Positions 1-11,500 of a stretch of DNA of 64,000 nt are shown here, one piece after another (position 1 is the first letter of the stretch; the number at the start of each line of letters is the position of its first letter). The position numbers were made by a program, and so were the translations under genes. This DNA is from Raillietiella orientalis (taxonomy: Eukaryota), in the NCBI GenBank assembly GCA_036172245.1, contig JAYWIR010000020.1, positions 1,426,001 through 1,490,000 of the forward strand. Direction: 5' to 3'. Below the pieces are notes generated by a model. That model saw nothing but the letters and a program-made list of their open reading frames with translations, had not been told where the DNA came from and searched no databases.

Positions 1-1379
1 AGGGTCTGAGGGTCGCGGAAACAACGCCATTTCTCATGGCACTTGTCGGACCCCGGGAAGAAGACAGTGCTGTTCTTCCTTGAAGACACCAAGGCGCTTT
101 TGCTGCAGCGTCGCACCCGCACGTCACAAGAGCAGAATATGCCGAGGTCCAGGAAGATTCCCCATCCTTTCCCGCACGAGACGAACGCATGTGGAGATCT
201 AGTTATCAAGGTCGACCTGTTTCGCACCTCACAGAAGGAATCGATCAAACGCCGGCGGAATTTATTAAGAACAAAGTGCTTTCGTGGATGGCACACAAGA
301 AGCTAGGTCGGGATTCGGCTTGAATGCCGCAGCTGCTGGATCCCTTTGCAAGATTCACTTGCCAACGATCCTGCAAACTGTCGCAGAGAAGACGAGGAAA
401 TCGGAAAGGCCAATAGAATCCCAGAGGAAGCGTGTCGTCTGGAGTGAGTCTGCATTAATAGCCAATCAGCAAGCCATTTTCGGTTCGCGGATGTAGCAGA
501 ATATTTTCCACATCCTTGTTTGAACAGGGAAGAAAGGGAAGATATTCTTTCTGCAGGGATCGTTCTTTCCCATAGCATCATGGAAATGCGATGAGTGTTC
601 GATCCGTTTCCTCACACCTTTCTTACCAACGAAAAGGGAAGACATCACGGATTTGCCCTCCGAAGGCGGCAGCATACCATCGCTAAGATGGTACTAAAGA
701 TGAACGCATGCCGGGCACACAAGTGGATGGATCTGGAATCGAGATGGACATTCGATGGATTCACTTCTGTTTCCTCGTGCGGAACGGAGGATTTTTTCCG
801 GAAACTCATTTCTCCTGTTGGGGGAAAAAAATACGCAAGACAGTCCACCCCAAGACTTGGCAAGAATGATTTTTCGCAGCACTTCAAAGGATGGTCTGTG
901 AAAAAAAGCTGGAAGTGGAGATCCTTGTCATTGCTTCTTCCAGGTGGCTTGGTAGCCAAAAACTTCAGGAAAGCAGATCCATTTTGCCTACGCTACATCC
1001 TCAGGAATGACGAGCTCTTTTTCACAGATGTCCGAAACTCCTGTCCCATCATGTACTCTGGAGTTTTCTGCTCATTGCCTGAGTTGAGGAGGCAAGCCAC
1101 CACCACTTTGCTCCTTTGCCCATGCCTCGTGATGACAGGAATTTCAAAGCTTATCCCATAAGGCAGTTGATTCTTGCCTTCTAGAGACTAAAAGGACTGA
1201 GAACCTCCGTTCGTGAGGCAGAGGGGAACGTGCTGTCTTATGGAAGGTGGAATTTTTCCTGTCCCAGGCGAAGTCAAGGTCTCGAATTGAACTTCTGAAA
1301 GGATCCTTGCGCATGACAGCTGGGGCTGCTTGGAGTTCTCCGCTGCCTTCGAAGGGGGCTGACCTCTCCATCTGTCTCC

Positions 1380-1970
1380 GTGGCTTTGCATCCGACAAGT
1401 CCATCTGCTTCTTCTCCTCTTCCCCTGGAACTGGGAAACTCCAGGGAACTCCGGAATCTCGGGGTCGACCCACTCGATTCCGCCAGCACAAATTCGTATA
1501 GTCGTGGCGTGGGAGCAAACCGTCTCCTGGATCGGCAGCGTCTGGATGACGAATCGATCCCAGGCAGGGGCACAGCTCCGTACACATCAGTGAGGGAACA
1601 CTTCCCCCACGGCGTGTCGTGGGCACCCTCATGCGTGGTTCAGGCTTCGCTCTTGCGCTTCGGATGGCGTGCGACAATATCAACATCCCGTATCCTACGC
1701 GTGGATGAAGCCCGTCTGTGGTGTCCGTGCGGCCCCGCGTCTCGGTTCGTAGGCCTGCGAAGCATCTCATGGGCGAGGCGCAGAATTCCTCGTGATCGTA
1801 GACTTCTTCTCTCGTGCCGTCGATGCTGGCGCACGGCCCGTTCGGAAGCTTCTCTCTTCCCGGGTTGGCGCGAGGAAAACGGCAGACGCCCTGATGGAAA
1901 CGGAGGCAGGCGATGTCGCCGCTTTGCGTCACCAGATGATCGCGGCGCGCTGCTGCTAAGCCATTAATGG
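1380..1970 (+). mobile_element. Degenerate Ty3/Gypsy pol remnant (end of RNase H plus integrase N-terminal and core)
   Basis: In order: YSRGVGANRLLDRQR (like y.pG..N..aD.LSR), EHFPHG...RFGW...WCPC (HHCC-like), then in another frame at ~1780 AEFLVIVDFFSR (like rve LVIVDYFSR). Frameshifted; by-eye motif match. Confidence 0.45.
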
Positions 1971-3845
1971 AGATCGGCACGGCAGCTCATGATGACTGAC
2001 TTAGTCGCCTTTTCTTGAGGCTGCTGCACACGCAGTGGGGCGAGAGAGGCTACTTAACAACGTGTTCGGCGTCTCTTCCAGGCATTCTCGATATAGTTCG
2101 AATCGGCTGAAGGCAAATCCTCAGGGATGAGGAAGCCTTCCCTCCTTCGAGAATCTTTGCAGCGATGTCTGAGGAAACTCAAACTCACCCAAATAGAGAA
2201 ATTACTTACTCCTTTCTCTTCGGTCTTCCTTCTCCGCTGAAGAGGAAGAAGGAGGAAGGACAAGAACGTCCCAAGAAAGAAGGAACAAGAAAGGAAGGAT
2301 GTCAAAGGCAATCCGGAGATCACAAGACGAGGGAATTTCTAGGGCGGAACGTACACGCGTCGGCGCTCCTGCAAACTCAAGGAAACGGTCTGTCTTGCAC
2401 TCCCGTGACCTACAGTCGCACGAATCGAGTCCGGCATCTACCGGGAAAGAAAGCAGATAGCTTTCCGCTCCAACTGAGTTGGACTGTCCGTTGAGATGGG
2501 CAAACTCTGGTAAAGCTGATCGGGTGAGGCCGGCAGATGGCAATTCGAAGAAGAATCTCGGCTGGCGTTTCTTCCTTTACCAAGGAGAGGAGGAGCAAAT
2601 CAGCGGAGGATGAGGCAAGAGAACCTTTTCTGCCAAGACGACCAGCTGACGGACCTTCTGGAATGGCGTTTGTAGCTTTCTAACACGAAGCCGCTGGCGT
2701 CCTCAAGCGATCAGCTTTGGAAGGTGCACTAGCCGAAAGGGGTTTGTGCGGAAGATGAGTTCATCGCTTCATGTGATGCACAGACTACTTCGCGGCTCCT
2801 TTTTCGAACAGAAGAATGGAAGGAGCTGAAATCAAGATGTTTCCAATGTTAGTTCAAGGAAGGGCTTTCGGATGATTCCGGTTGAATTGATGATGAAGAC
2901 CAAAGAACTGTTGGATAATCGTAGAAAAGGTAGCTAAGTGAGTCCAGATTTTCTCGGTGGGAGCATTGCAGCACCAAGGATCATCATGATAAGACATTTA
3001 TCAACAGCCTTACCAACAGCCTTACTTGCTTGCAAAGATTTAATTTTATTGTCATCAGTGACCTGCTAATCCCCTGGTCTCTGTGCGACTTCACTAACAA
3101 ATATGACATCATTGAGATTGCTTTATCAGAGGCAAGGAAAGTTTCATGGAATATGGTTGACTGTCAGGCGTCCCCCAGTATGCAGGCTCAATGAAAATGA
3201 GAAGATTCCTAAACGAAGGTTGGAGATTTCACATTCGATCATAAATTGAAAGGTTTTTCTTCGGCATCCACATGGTCCCGGATCAGGGAGATATGACACT
3301 CGGCCATTGGAAAACCTGATTGAAAGAAGTCCATGGCCTGTGTGGAAGGATACCGTTTGTCAGGCTATTTCAAGTTCACCGGAAAAGGCATGCGCGATCC
3401 GCCGACCGTCTATTGCTGCTACCCATTCGAGCGCCTAAGATGTGGATCGTGGCAGTAGAAGATGCATGGCCTGGGATGAGACACGACAACAAGTTTTTAA
3501 TTGCTGTGTGCGACGCACCGGTCTCATCGGCAAGAGGCCCGGAGAACTGCGACGCAGGAACAAAGTGAGAACGGGGGTCCTGAAAGCAGCTAATGCTGGG
3601 AGTCAGCAAAAAGCTTCTTAACTACCTGACACTTGAAAGGAAGAATCAAATCTCCCTTGATGCTTGTGGTTACGTTGAAAAATCGGCGGCAGACAAGACA
3701 AAGGAAAGGAAGGGCAGTCCGACTCTCCTTTTTCCCTCCAGAGGTGCACCGGTGTCGGTCTGAGCGCAAGTGGTGAGCTCTGTGGCATAGTAAGATCCAG
3801 AAAACGGCGAAATTCTACGGAAACTTGGTCCTTCGGATGCATGCA

Positions 3846-4390
3846 GACCTCATGAAACACAAAGATGGCGAACGAAGTCAGAGGAAACTCTAGTGGAGGT
3901 CCTCAGCAATTCCAACGTGCAAATTGGTCGTAGGAACTGGCTGTAGGGGCGCGAGACGAATCGAACCATCTGGTAGCTGGTTCTCTACGAAGTTTCCCTC
4001 AGAATAGCTGGCGCTCGCTGAAGCGGAAAAAGAACGAAGTCTCGTCCAGTAAAGCGAATGATTCGAGACCTTGAAGCCGAAATGACCTCAACCCATTCTC
4101 AAACTTTAAATGGGTGAGAAGTCCAGCTTTCTTGAAAGCTGAATCTCGGACTGTCGAATCATGAACGCTTAGTGGGCCAATTTTGGTAAGCGGAACTGGC
4201 GCTGTGGGATGAACCTAACGTTGGGTTGCGGCGCCCGATACAACGCTCATCAGATCCGGCGAAAGGTGCTGGTTTTTATGGACAGCAGGACGGTGGCCAG
4301 GACGCTAAGGAGTGTGTAATGACTCACCGGCCGAAGCAACCGGCCCTGAAAATGGATGGCGCTCAAGCGTCGAGCCTGCGCCCAGCCGCC
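3846..4390 (+). pseudogene. 28S rRNA: 28S (LSU) rRNA gene fragment, decayed pseudogene
   Basis: Recognisable LSU core blocks AAAGATGG.GAAC, AGAGGAAACTCT.GTGGAGG, AATCGAACCATCT.GTAGCTGGTT, GAAGTTTCCCTCAG.ATAGCTGG, TTCTCAAACTTTAAATGGGTGAGA, TTTTGGTAAGC.GAACTGGCGCTGTGGGATGAACC, GCTAAGGAGTGTGTAA, CCCTGAAAATGGATGGCGCT; many substitutions in invariant positions, internal deletions and no flanking rDNA. Confidence 0.92.
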
Positions 4391-6099
4391 TGGACAGAGT
4401 CTTTCGCGCGACAGGCATTGGACGCACCGCCTGGGTCATCAGTCAAGATAAAGCAGTTTCTGCGGTAGTGGGAAAGGCGAAGCCGTTCTCCTGGACCAAA
4501 TTGATGGATTTGGAAAATAGTGAAGGATGCTCCCCAAACTTGAATGCACCTGTCGATTTATGCTACAAAGAGCACGCCATCCTGATGTTTTCGAGGCGTT
4601 CAGAAACTGGGACAGAAATCAAGAAAGTGTCCTCCGAAAATCAGAACAGAGATGCGGTATGCAGGAGACACAAAGTTCAAGTAATTGCTTCCCTGTTGCG
4701 GTCAGAGTTCCTCTGAGGCAGAGCGAACCTTCCCCGCTTCCTGCAAAAGAGGAATTCATCCGGTCCCCGCGAGCCCGATTTCCTTTCCGCTCACCACATT
4801 CGTCGTGAACGGTTGAGGGCCTTTCCTTCCGGTACTCTCGGAGGAGGAGGTGAAGGAACGAGCCCATCTGATGTGTCGCAACGACTACAGCTGCTTGAAG
4901 TCAGAAAACATGCGATGCATTTTTTCTCCTCCTCGTTTCCCCTGAAGACAATCATTGACCCTTCCATCACAATCGGAGATGCTGCTACTTTGAGGAAAAG
5001 AAACTCCTTTTCGGGATGTGCTGCAACACTCTGGTGAAGCCACCACTCTCGAGATGTGGGGACAGGGGAATGAGCCCACAGTACAAAAGGTCTTCCCTCC
5101 CATTGTTTGGGGTTAAGGATCAGAATTCCCTTCGGTGTCTTCAACAGCACTCTTGCTGCCCACCAAGACGCAAAATCCACTGCATTTGTCTTGTTCATAG
5201 AGACTTTCCGGTCTTAGACCTCAGATTCGTGCATCCCATTCTTGATTTTAAAAGAAGACGAATCTGCATTGTGAAGAGTGATTTACTTAGCTGGGATGAA
5301 ATGAAGACGAGACTTCGGAAGCGGAAGACTTGCAACCTCGAGAAAATGGTAGGAAAGGCAGCTAAGAAAGTCTCTCTGTCCGGAGCAGCCGCTCTTCTGG
5401 AGTTCTGGAAAGAAAAAGATTCTGCTAGCAGCAACTGATCGGTGAGAGCACTTAAGAGAACGAGCGTACTCGTTCCGATTATGGGGTCTCATATGAGACA
5501 CGTATCGTTATTTTTCGCCACTGTCCCTCCGTACCGGAAGTGGATAATTTTCGCGCCTACTACCTTCCCTCGATGTGATAACCGTTTCCCAGGCTGCCGC
5601 TCCGGAAAAGATTCCTAGTAGCCCATCACAACCACGACAGGCGCATGACCTAGCATCGACAGTTGATCAGGCAGACACTTAAAAGGTGAGTCGCTGGTAT
5701 GAGGCCGTTGCGATCAGCCCAAAGTTATTCAGACTCACCAAGAGTTTCTGGGTCCGCAAAGGGAACCCATTGGTCCTGTTCTAATAAAAGCCCTCCATCC
5801 ACAAGGACGAAGTGTTGGAAGCATGTATTAGCTGTAGAATTGTCACAGTTATCCAAGCAGAATTCTACTACGTAAGGAACCACAACTGATTCCATGAGCC
5901 ATTCGCGTCTTGTTTTGGCATGGACTCGGACATTATGGCCCAATCTTTGAGATAAGCAAACGCCTGCTCGCAGGATCAACCAGGTGGATACAGCTCCTCA
6001 CGGTCAAGCCGCACGGACGGGAGATGGGCGAACAGCGTTGCTCACCTCGAGGAATTGCTGCCGACAGCCCGCATCCTCGACAGACAGCGGACGGGACAG

Positions 6100-6330
6100 C
6101 GGGCTGACGGACGCTCCGGAGAGCGAAGGCGCGCCAACTCGGGCACAGCCTGCGACCTATCTGGCACGGCGGAGCGCAGACCGACGGCTAGACTCGAAAC
6201 TCGCTTCCGACATCGACGCGGCTGTAATCAGACAGCAAAGAGGCCAGTTGCTTCTCAGGCAGGCAGGAGAAAAACCGTCCAAGGTAGAGCTGCTGGCAGA
6301 GAGAGCATAGGGAACAGAGATAGAAATTCG
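6100..6330 (+). mobile_element. Possible L1/Tx1 ORF2 linker remnant
   Basis: QQRGQLLLRQAGEKPSKVELLAERA resembles the rG..lRs....GEK.skyF..Ek motif between APE and RT in L1/Tx1 ORF2. Single motif only. Confidence 0.3.
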
Positions 6331-6489
6331 TCTTCAAAGACGGTGTATTCCTCAGGTGCCACTGCATCAATCTTCATTTTTTTTTGGTTCGTCGATTACT
6401 CAAGAACCAGTTCGCCACCTCAGAATCTCTACGATGCCATCACGTGGTGGCTAACAGGGCTCTTTAAATACTGTCAACGCCACCTGTGG

Positions 6490-6880
6490 GGTGGATTGCC
6501 GAAAGGAAACCCCGAGGAAACTGCCCTTTAACAAGGGAGGCTCCCTTTAAGCATGGAGTCCGTTCCTCCCTACTCATTGAGGAGACCAGGAAGGGAGCCG
6601 TCTCCCTGGTTGTCTCCGAAGGAAACCCCTAAGGGACCGCTCCTCATTTACTCCTCTCAAGGGCTTTCCCGAAGGGAGCGCACTTCCAACAACCTATAGA
6701 AAAGCTTTCCAAGCAGGGATTCGACCTCATGACACAAAATGAAAGGCAATTCGAAGAGAGAAAGGTCCCTGATTCCTGGAAGGACCCTGGATGGTCTACT
6801 CTCTATTCCAGCTAATCTCCGGGTGCATCCAGTCCCTTAGGCTGCTCGCATTTGGTGCAGATCAGGTAGCGTTCATTCGT
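6490..6880 (-). mobile_element. SINE-like family A, partial copy 1
   Basis: Shares core TGATTCCTGGAAGGACCC (6771) with 38398 and 41209, and the TCTCCGAAGG..CCC.AAGGGACCGCTCC subrepeat; head not recognisable. Confidence 0.6.
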
Positions 6881-8543
6881 CGAACGCTCTCCGAGTGGGA
6901 GCAGACTCTGCACTCGGCTGCTGCGATCCCACAGCATCCGAAGGAAGAAGAATGGACGGGATGCGCGACGATCTCCAGCTCGAAGAAACAGTCAGGACCT
7001 TGTTCCCAGTTTCTGATGGTGTCTTTCGTAGCCGTTTTTCCTACTTCCAGGGTAATCCAGGGTGACTTCCGAGCATCAGGAAACAGCCAGAAACGTTTGG
7101 GGTCGATGCTTGCCACCTTTCACTCCTTCTATGTGACATCCGTTATCTTGTATCACATCACACGCCTGCATCCGGACATGCAATTTTTAAATCATTTTCC
7201 TAAGATGAGACAATGCCTTCTCGAGGTTATGCAATGGCTTCTCTGATGGAGCTCTCTGAAGAGTGCACTGCTGAAGGGCAAATTGTTTTTCATGAGAACG
7301 ACGATGATGTTCTTCCGTCTGTTGGCATGGAAGAATCGGGCTCAGAAAACACTGCGGCTCGTGCTCTCTGCACACTGAGAGTCTCACTGCATTCACTAAG
7401 AAATTTCTTCGCTGGCAAATTTCCATTTTCAAACAGTTTCCGATTAGTATGCTGCCTTTTGGTTGCTAGGTTGTTTTCCATGAAACGCGCAAATTTCGAA
7501 AACCAATGCATTAGGGAACGCTTCTTTCTCCCGTTTCGTCTGCAAGTGCAACTCCTGCTTTCCAGTTGCCTTGGGGGTCATTCGCAGGTCCACTGTATTT
7601 TCTCGAGGGATACCTGCGAAAAGATTCGTGAAACTCGAGCCAAATTAATCAGCTCTTTAATGAGTTAATAAAGAGGCATTATCAATTTTGTTTTTTTCTT
7701 TTGTTTTTCCCCTGTACTGAAAGGTGTGTGGGTGCTCTCTGTGCCGAAAGCACGTCGGAGCGATTCATGGATTCCATCATTCTGAGAAGTTCGGCTGATG
7801 CAGTGGTAATCTCCTCCTTCTGTTTTTTTTTCTTTTTTATTAGAAAATCCCATCACTGGAACACAAAGGCTTTGTTCGATGACGGATTGCATCCTGGATG
7901 AGGACGTGCTGTCGTTTCCATGCATCTTACGGGGGCCAACTCGTAAGCAATTTCTAATTTAATTGACATATAATCATAGCCGTTACCAGCGAGATAATCA
8001 GCAACAGGTTTACGGAAGGAAAACCTTTTCCTTTGAGACTGGTCTTCAGGAGAAGCTTTTGTCTCGCGTAGCGCCGTGGTAAGCCAGAAACAAAATAGAA
8101 CTCTGCGGGGTATGGGAACGGGCAGCTGAGCTGCATCCGCATTGCGGAGATTTGCTGTAGTTGGTTTCAGGTGCACGGACTACGGAGTCAGGCGGGATCA
8201 TTCCCGTCCAAACATGGGGAACCGGTCCAAGCTTTAATTCGTTGCTGCTTCATCTTTGCTCCCCCACACCTTCAGTAGGATTTCAGCCTCGAACTGGCCG
8301 AAGGTCTTTTCAACAGTGTTGTCTCAACACAGACATAGGTCCATCTCACTACTTTCACAAGACACCCACTCGCATGTGTCCACAATCATGGTAATTCTAT
8401 TCCACGCTGAGCTTTCACAAGCAGGCGTAACGAGAACTTTTATAAGAACAAATTTCTTTTCCAGCATCTGAACGGTGTAACTTTTCTTGCGTACTGTCGG
8501 TGTCGCTCCAGGTGATCAAGAATAATGACCTCCACTCGTGATT

Positions 8544-8584
8544 TTAACCCATCATTCCAATGAAGGCTCAGAATGATGGGTTAA
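8544..8584. mobile_element. 33-bp piggyBac-like miniature inverted-repeat remnant
   Basis: TTAA|CCCATCATTC-13 nt-GAATGATGGG|TTAA; TTAA target site and CCC...GGG termini are the piggyBac pattern. The inverted repeat itself is exact; the piggyBac origin is inferred. Confidence 0.45.
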
Positions 8585-11500
8585 AATGTAAATGTGATGC
8601 TAGCCTAGGGAGTCTTCTAAAAAACCCATCTGAAAACGCCGTTTCCTTGTCTTCCGAGTAGTCAGGCATGAGGCATCGAAGAGGTTTGTGGGTCGTGCCG
8701 TTCTCTGCGTGCTAAGGCGTCACAGAGATGAGTAGGAACAGAGCTGAAAAAGCTTGGATCGCGGATCGTTCCTGTGACATTCGAGATGCGGTTGACCCGA
8801 ATGTGATGGAATCCAAATGCTCCACTCAAAGTGTGCTTGTTACAAACAAAGGATACAGCGTTATCCTGCTCTAAAATCAGACTTCCCACACCTGCTCATC
8901 CAAGATTAATCTTCAACATGTGTTTTGGATGTTTGCCTTCCCTTGACCCTTGTCACAAAGGAATGTTTGAATTTTTTGTGTGTGCTGACTGATTTTACCC
9001 ACAAATGCTGTCAATGTATTTTGGGATGAAGGTACTTCAGATGCATTCAGCTTTGTAGCTCATTTGAAGTTTCATGCCTCGCAGATCTCAAATCATGCGG
9101 TAAGAAATCGGAAGAACGAGGTGGAATGATTTCATACAAGAATGCATCAATAACGGAATGGCTGCCTCGAAACAGGATGACCAGTTGATGTTTCTTGGGA
9201 TCCATGAACCTATTCATGCGGGCATGGGGAGCCAATCTTAATGACGATGAATCATGCCTTGATTCCGAAGGAGTCAATCCTTATCTCTTCGTGACATAAC
9301 GGAAATCTTTTCTTCTCGCCCATTCCGAGAGCGCTGCTCCGTTCGAGAAAGCAACACTCGTTACCCACTTGAACCACTTGAAGGCAACGACAGAATTGCA
9401 ACGACAGCTTGGTTCACGGAATGAGGCAGCAGCCACCGATTGCGCAAGGGACAGAGCGGTCTGGTCCTTTTGTCGAGTCTTCTCCTTTGTCTGCACACTT
9501 TCCGATCGAAAGGTGCATTCTTCCCTCCTCCGTTCTTCTTCTTCCATCCTCGCTCGGACATTCTCCCTCACCGTCTTCCCACGAATTTCAAAAGCAGGAA
9601 GAGAAAAAGGAAAGAAAAGGAAACGCATCCGGATGCTTGCCTCTACATTACACGACAGAGGCAGGCGCAAAAAGGAAAAGATCTGAGACCTTTCCCTGAG
9701 TGACTCTGCAAACGCCTCTCTTGCAGTTGTGCTCTACTCCCAGTGCAACGCCCGTACGCGACTGTGCAGCAGAGCTTCAGGGTTTTTTGATTACGGATCA
9801 TCATTTTTAATTGCCTGTCAGCTGAATTACCTGCCATTCGAACGAGATGCTGTCATGATGACAGCATGTCCCACCATCGCGCTCCCGATTTCAACTTTCG
9901 GCGGAAGCTTCCAGTTTTCAGATTCGGTGACCGGCGCAATCCGATCTCAAAAGACAGAGAAGATTGCCGAACAAAACTGAGATGCTCTGTGCATCAACAA
10001 CAAGCAGAGCGACAACGGTTTCTCCATCTTCACTATCTGGGACTCTGCGTGATTTCAGGAACGGCAACAGGAGTTCACATCGCCTGTGCCTCACTTGAGT
10101 CGAGGTCTTGCGCTCATAAATCCAACCTTCATTTGCCATTTTTTGAACAAAGGGGATGAGGCTCTAGGTCATGTCCGTGACCTTCCAACTGCGAATGCTC
10201 CACAGAGTTCTTAGCTTTTTTGCTGACGGGTTGCGGATGGGCATCTTCTTCTTGCACTTGAGACGCCAGTGTCCTCCGCTCGACCATGGAAGACGTCTTC
10301 TTGAACTGTTCCAGGTGGCAATGGGGAACACCGAATTGATCTCCGTTTTGGATCGGCGAAGCAAAGGTGCATCTGGCGACGGCCTCGAGCAGAGCGCATC
10401 TGAACGGAGGGGAGACAGCCGCGGAGAGAACTCACATCTCTGGTCGCATCCGGGGCAAGGGAATCCTCAAGATTAAGGAGGAGTTTGTCTACATCTCCAA
10501 TGATATTCCGAGAGGGCAACCTCCTCCCCTTGCATCGGAGACCGTCATGCGAGAAAACACGCACCCGCCTGGACTCGTTGTTCGTTTCATGAGCGTTTCT
10601 TGTGATCGCGGGTAGCGCTGGTCTTCGTGCACCTGCACTTGCGTTTCGAGAAGATCGTGCTGCCTCCATCGCCACCATCCAGCTACTCTTCTCCTTCCTC
10701 CGGATCGGGGGTCTCCAAGTTACGGGCAGTCGCCTGACTTTCAAATTTCTGCTCCTGTGCCTCTACGAAGAGTGGAAAAGGTCGAGCGCAAATTTACTCT
10801 ACCTGGAGGTGGTCCGGCACCCACAGAACACTCGGAGACTGCACCTTCGGTAACTCGCGAGCAACGGAGTAAATTTCTATGAACGAAACACCTGAAAGAG
10901 TTTGACCTGATCATCACAGAAAAAAACAAAACACGGGAAAAAGCGCCCCAAGCGTATTCTGACTCTTGAGCAAGCGGCCAAACTGTGCAAAAAGTGTTTC
11001 TCATCCATTACAACACTGCCTTTCTCGAAACACCCGTTCTGTTGGAATATTAGAGTGCTGGACACTCATCTTCGAGACGTTCAGAAGTTCGATCCTGAAG
11101 TCTTTTGAAGCAGGTCGTCTGCAACATCGAGTTCGACCCAGAGGCGGTGAGGACGCAATACCAAGAAGCAAATTTACACTGGAGAGTGTCAGTAATTCTG
11201 GGTCGTTGCTGTTGCACGGAGCTGCCGGTTTGCAATCCGGAATCCGAACTCGAGAAGCTAAGTCTCGAGAAGCGGGTTTTCGTTACTGGACCGCGTTGGC
11301 AACGAGGTATCCTTAAATTCCTCCGCAGTAATAAATATTTCACAAGGAGCAAGATGTCATCACTTTGGAGACACCATTCGGAGTGGCATTTCAGGATGCG
11401 ATCCGTTCACTCCTGCTCTAGAGGGTAGGGTTGCCCTGCAGCGGTTGAGGCAACAGCTTTTGAAACTCTTCTCGCAGTTAACGCGGCCAGTGCGAAGAAC

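Noticed and set aside
595..1161. 188-aa ORF as a real gene
   Set aside because: No recognisable domain, a non-ATG start and no support beyond length.
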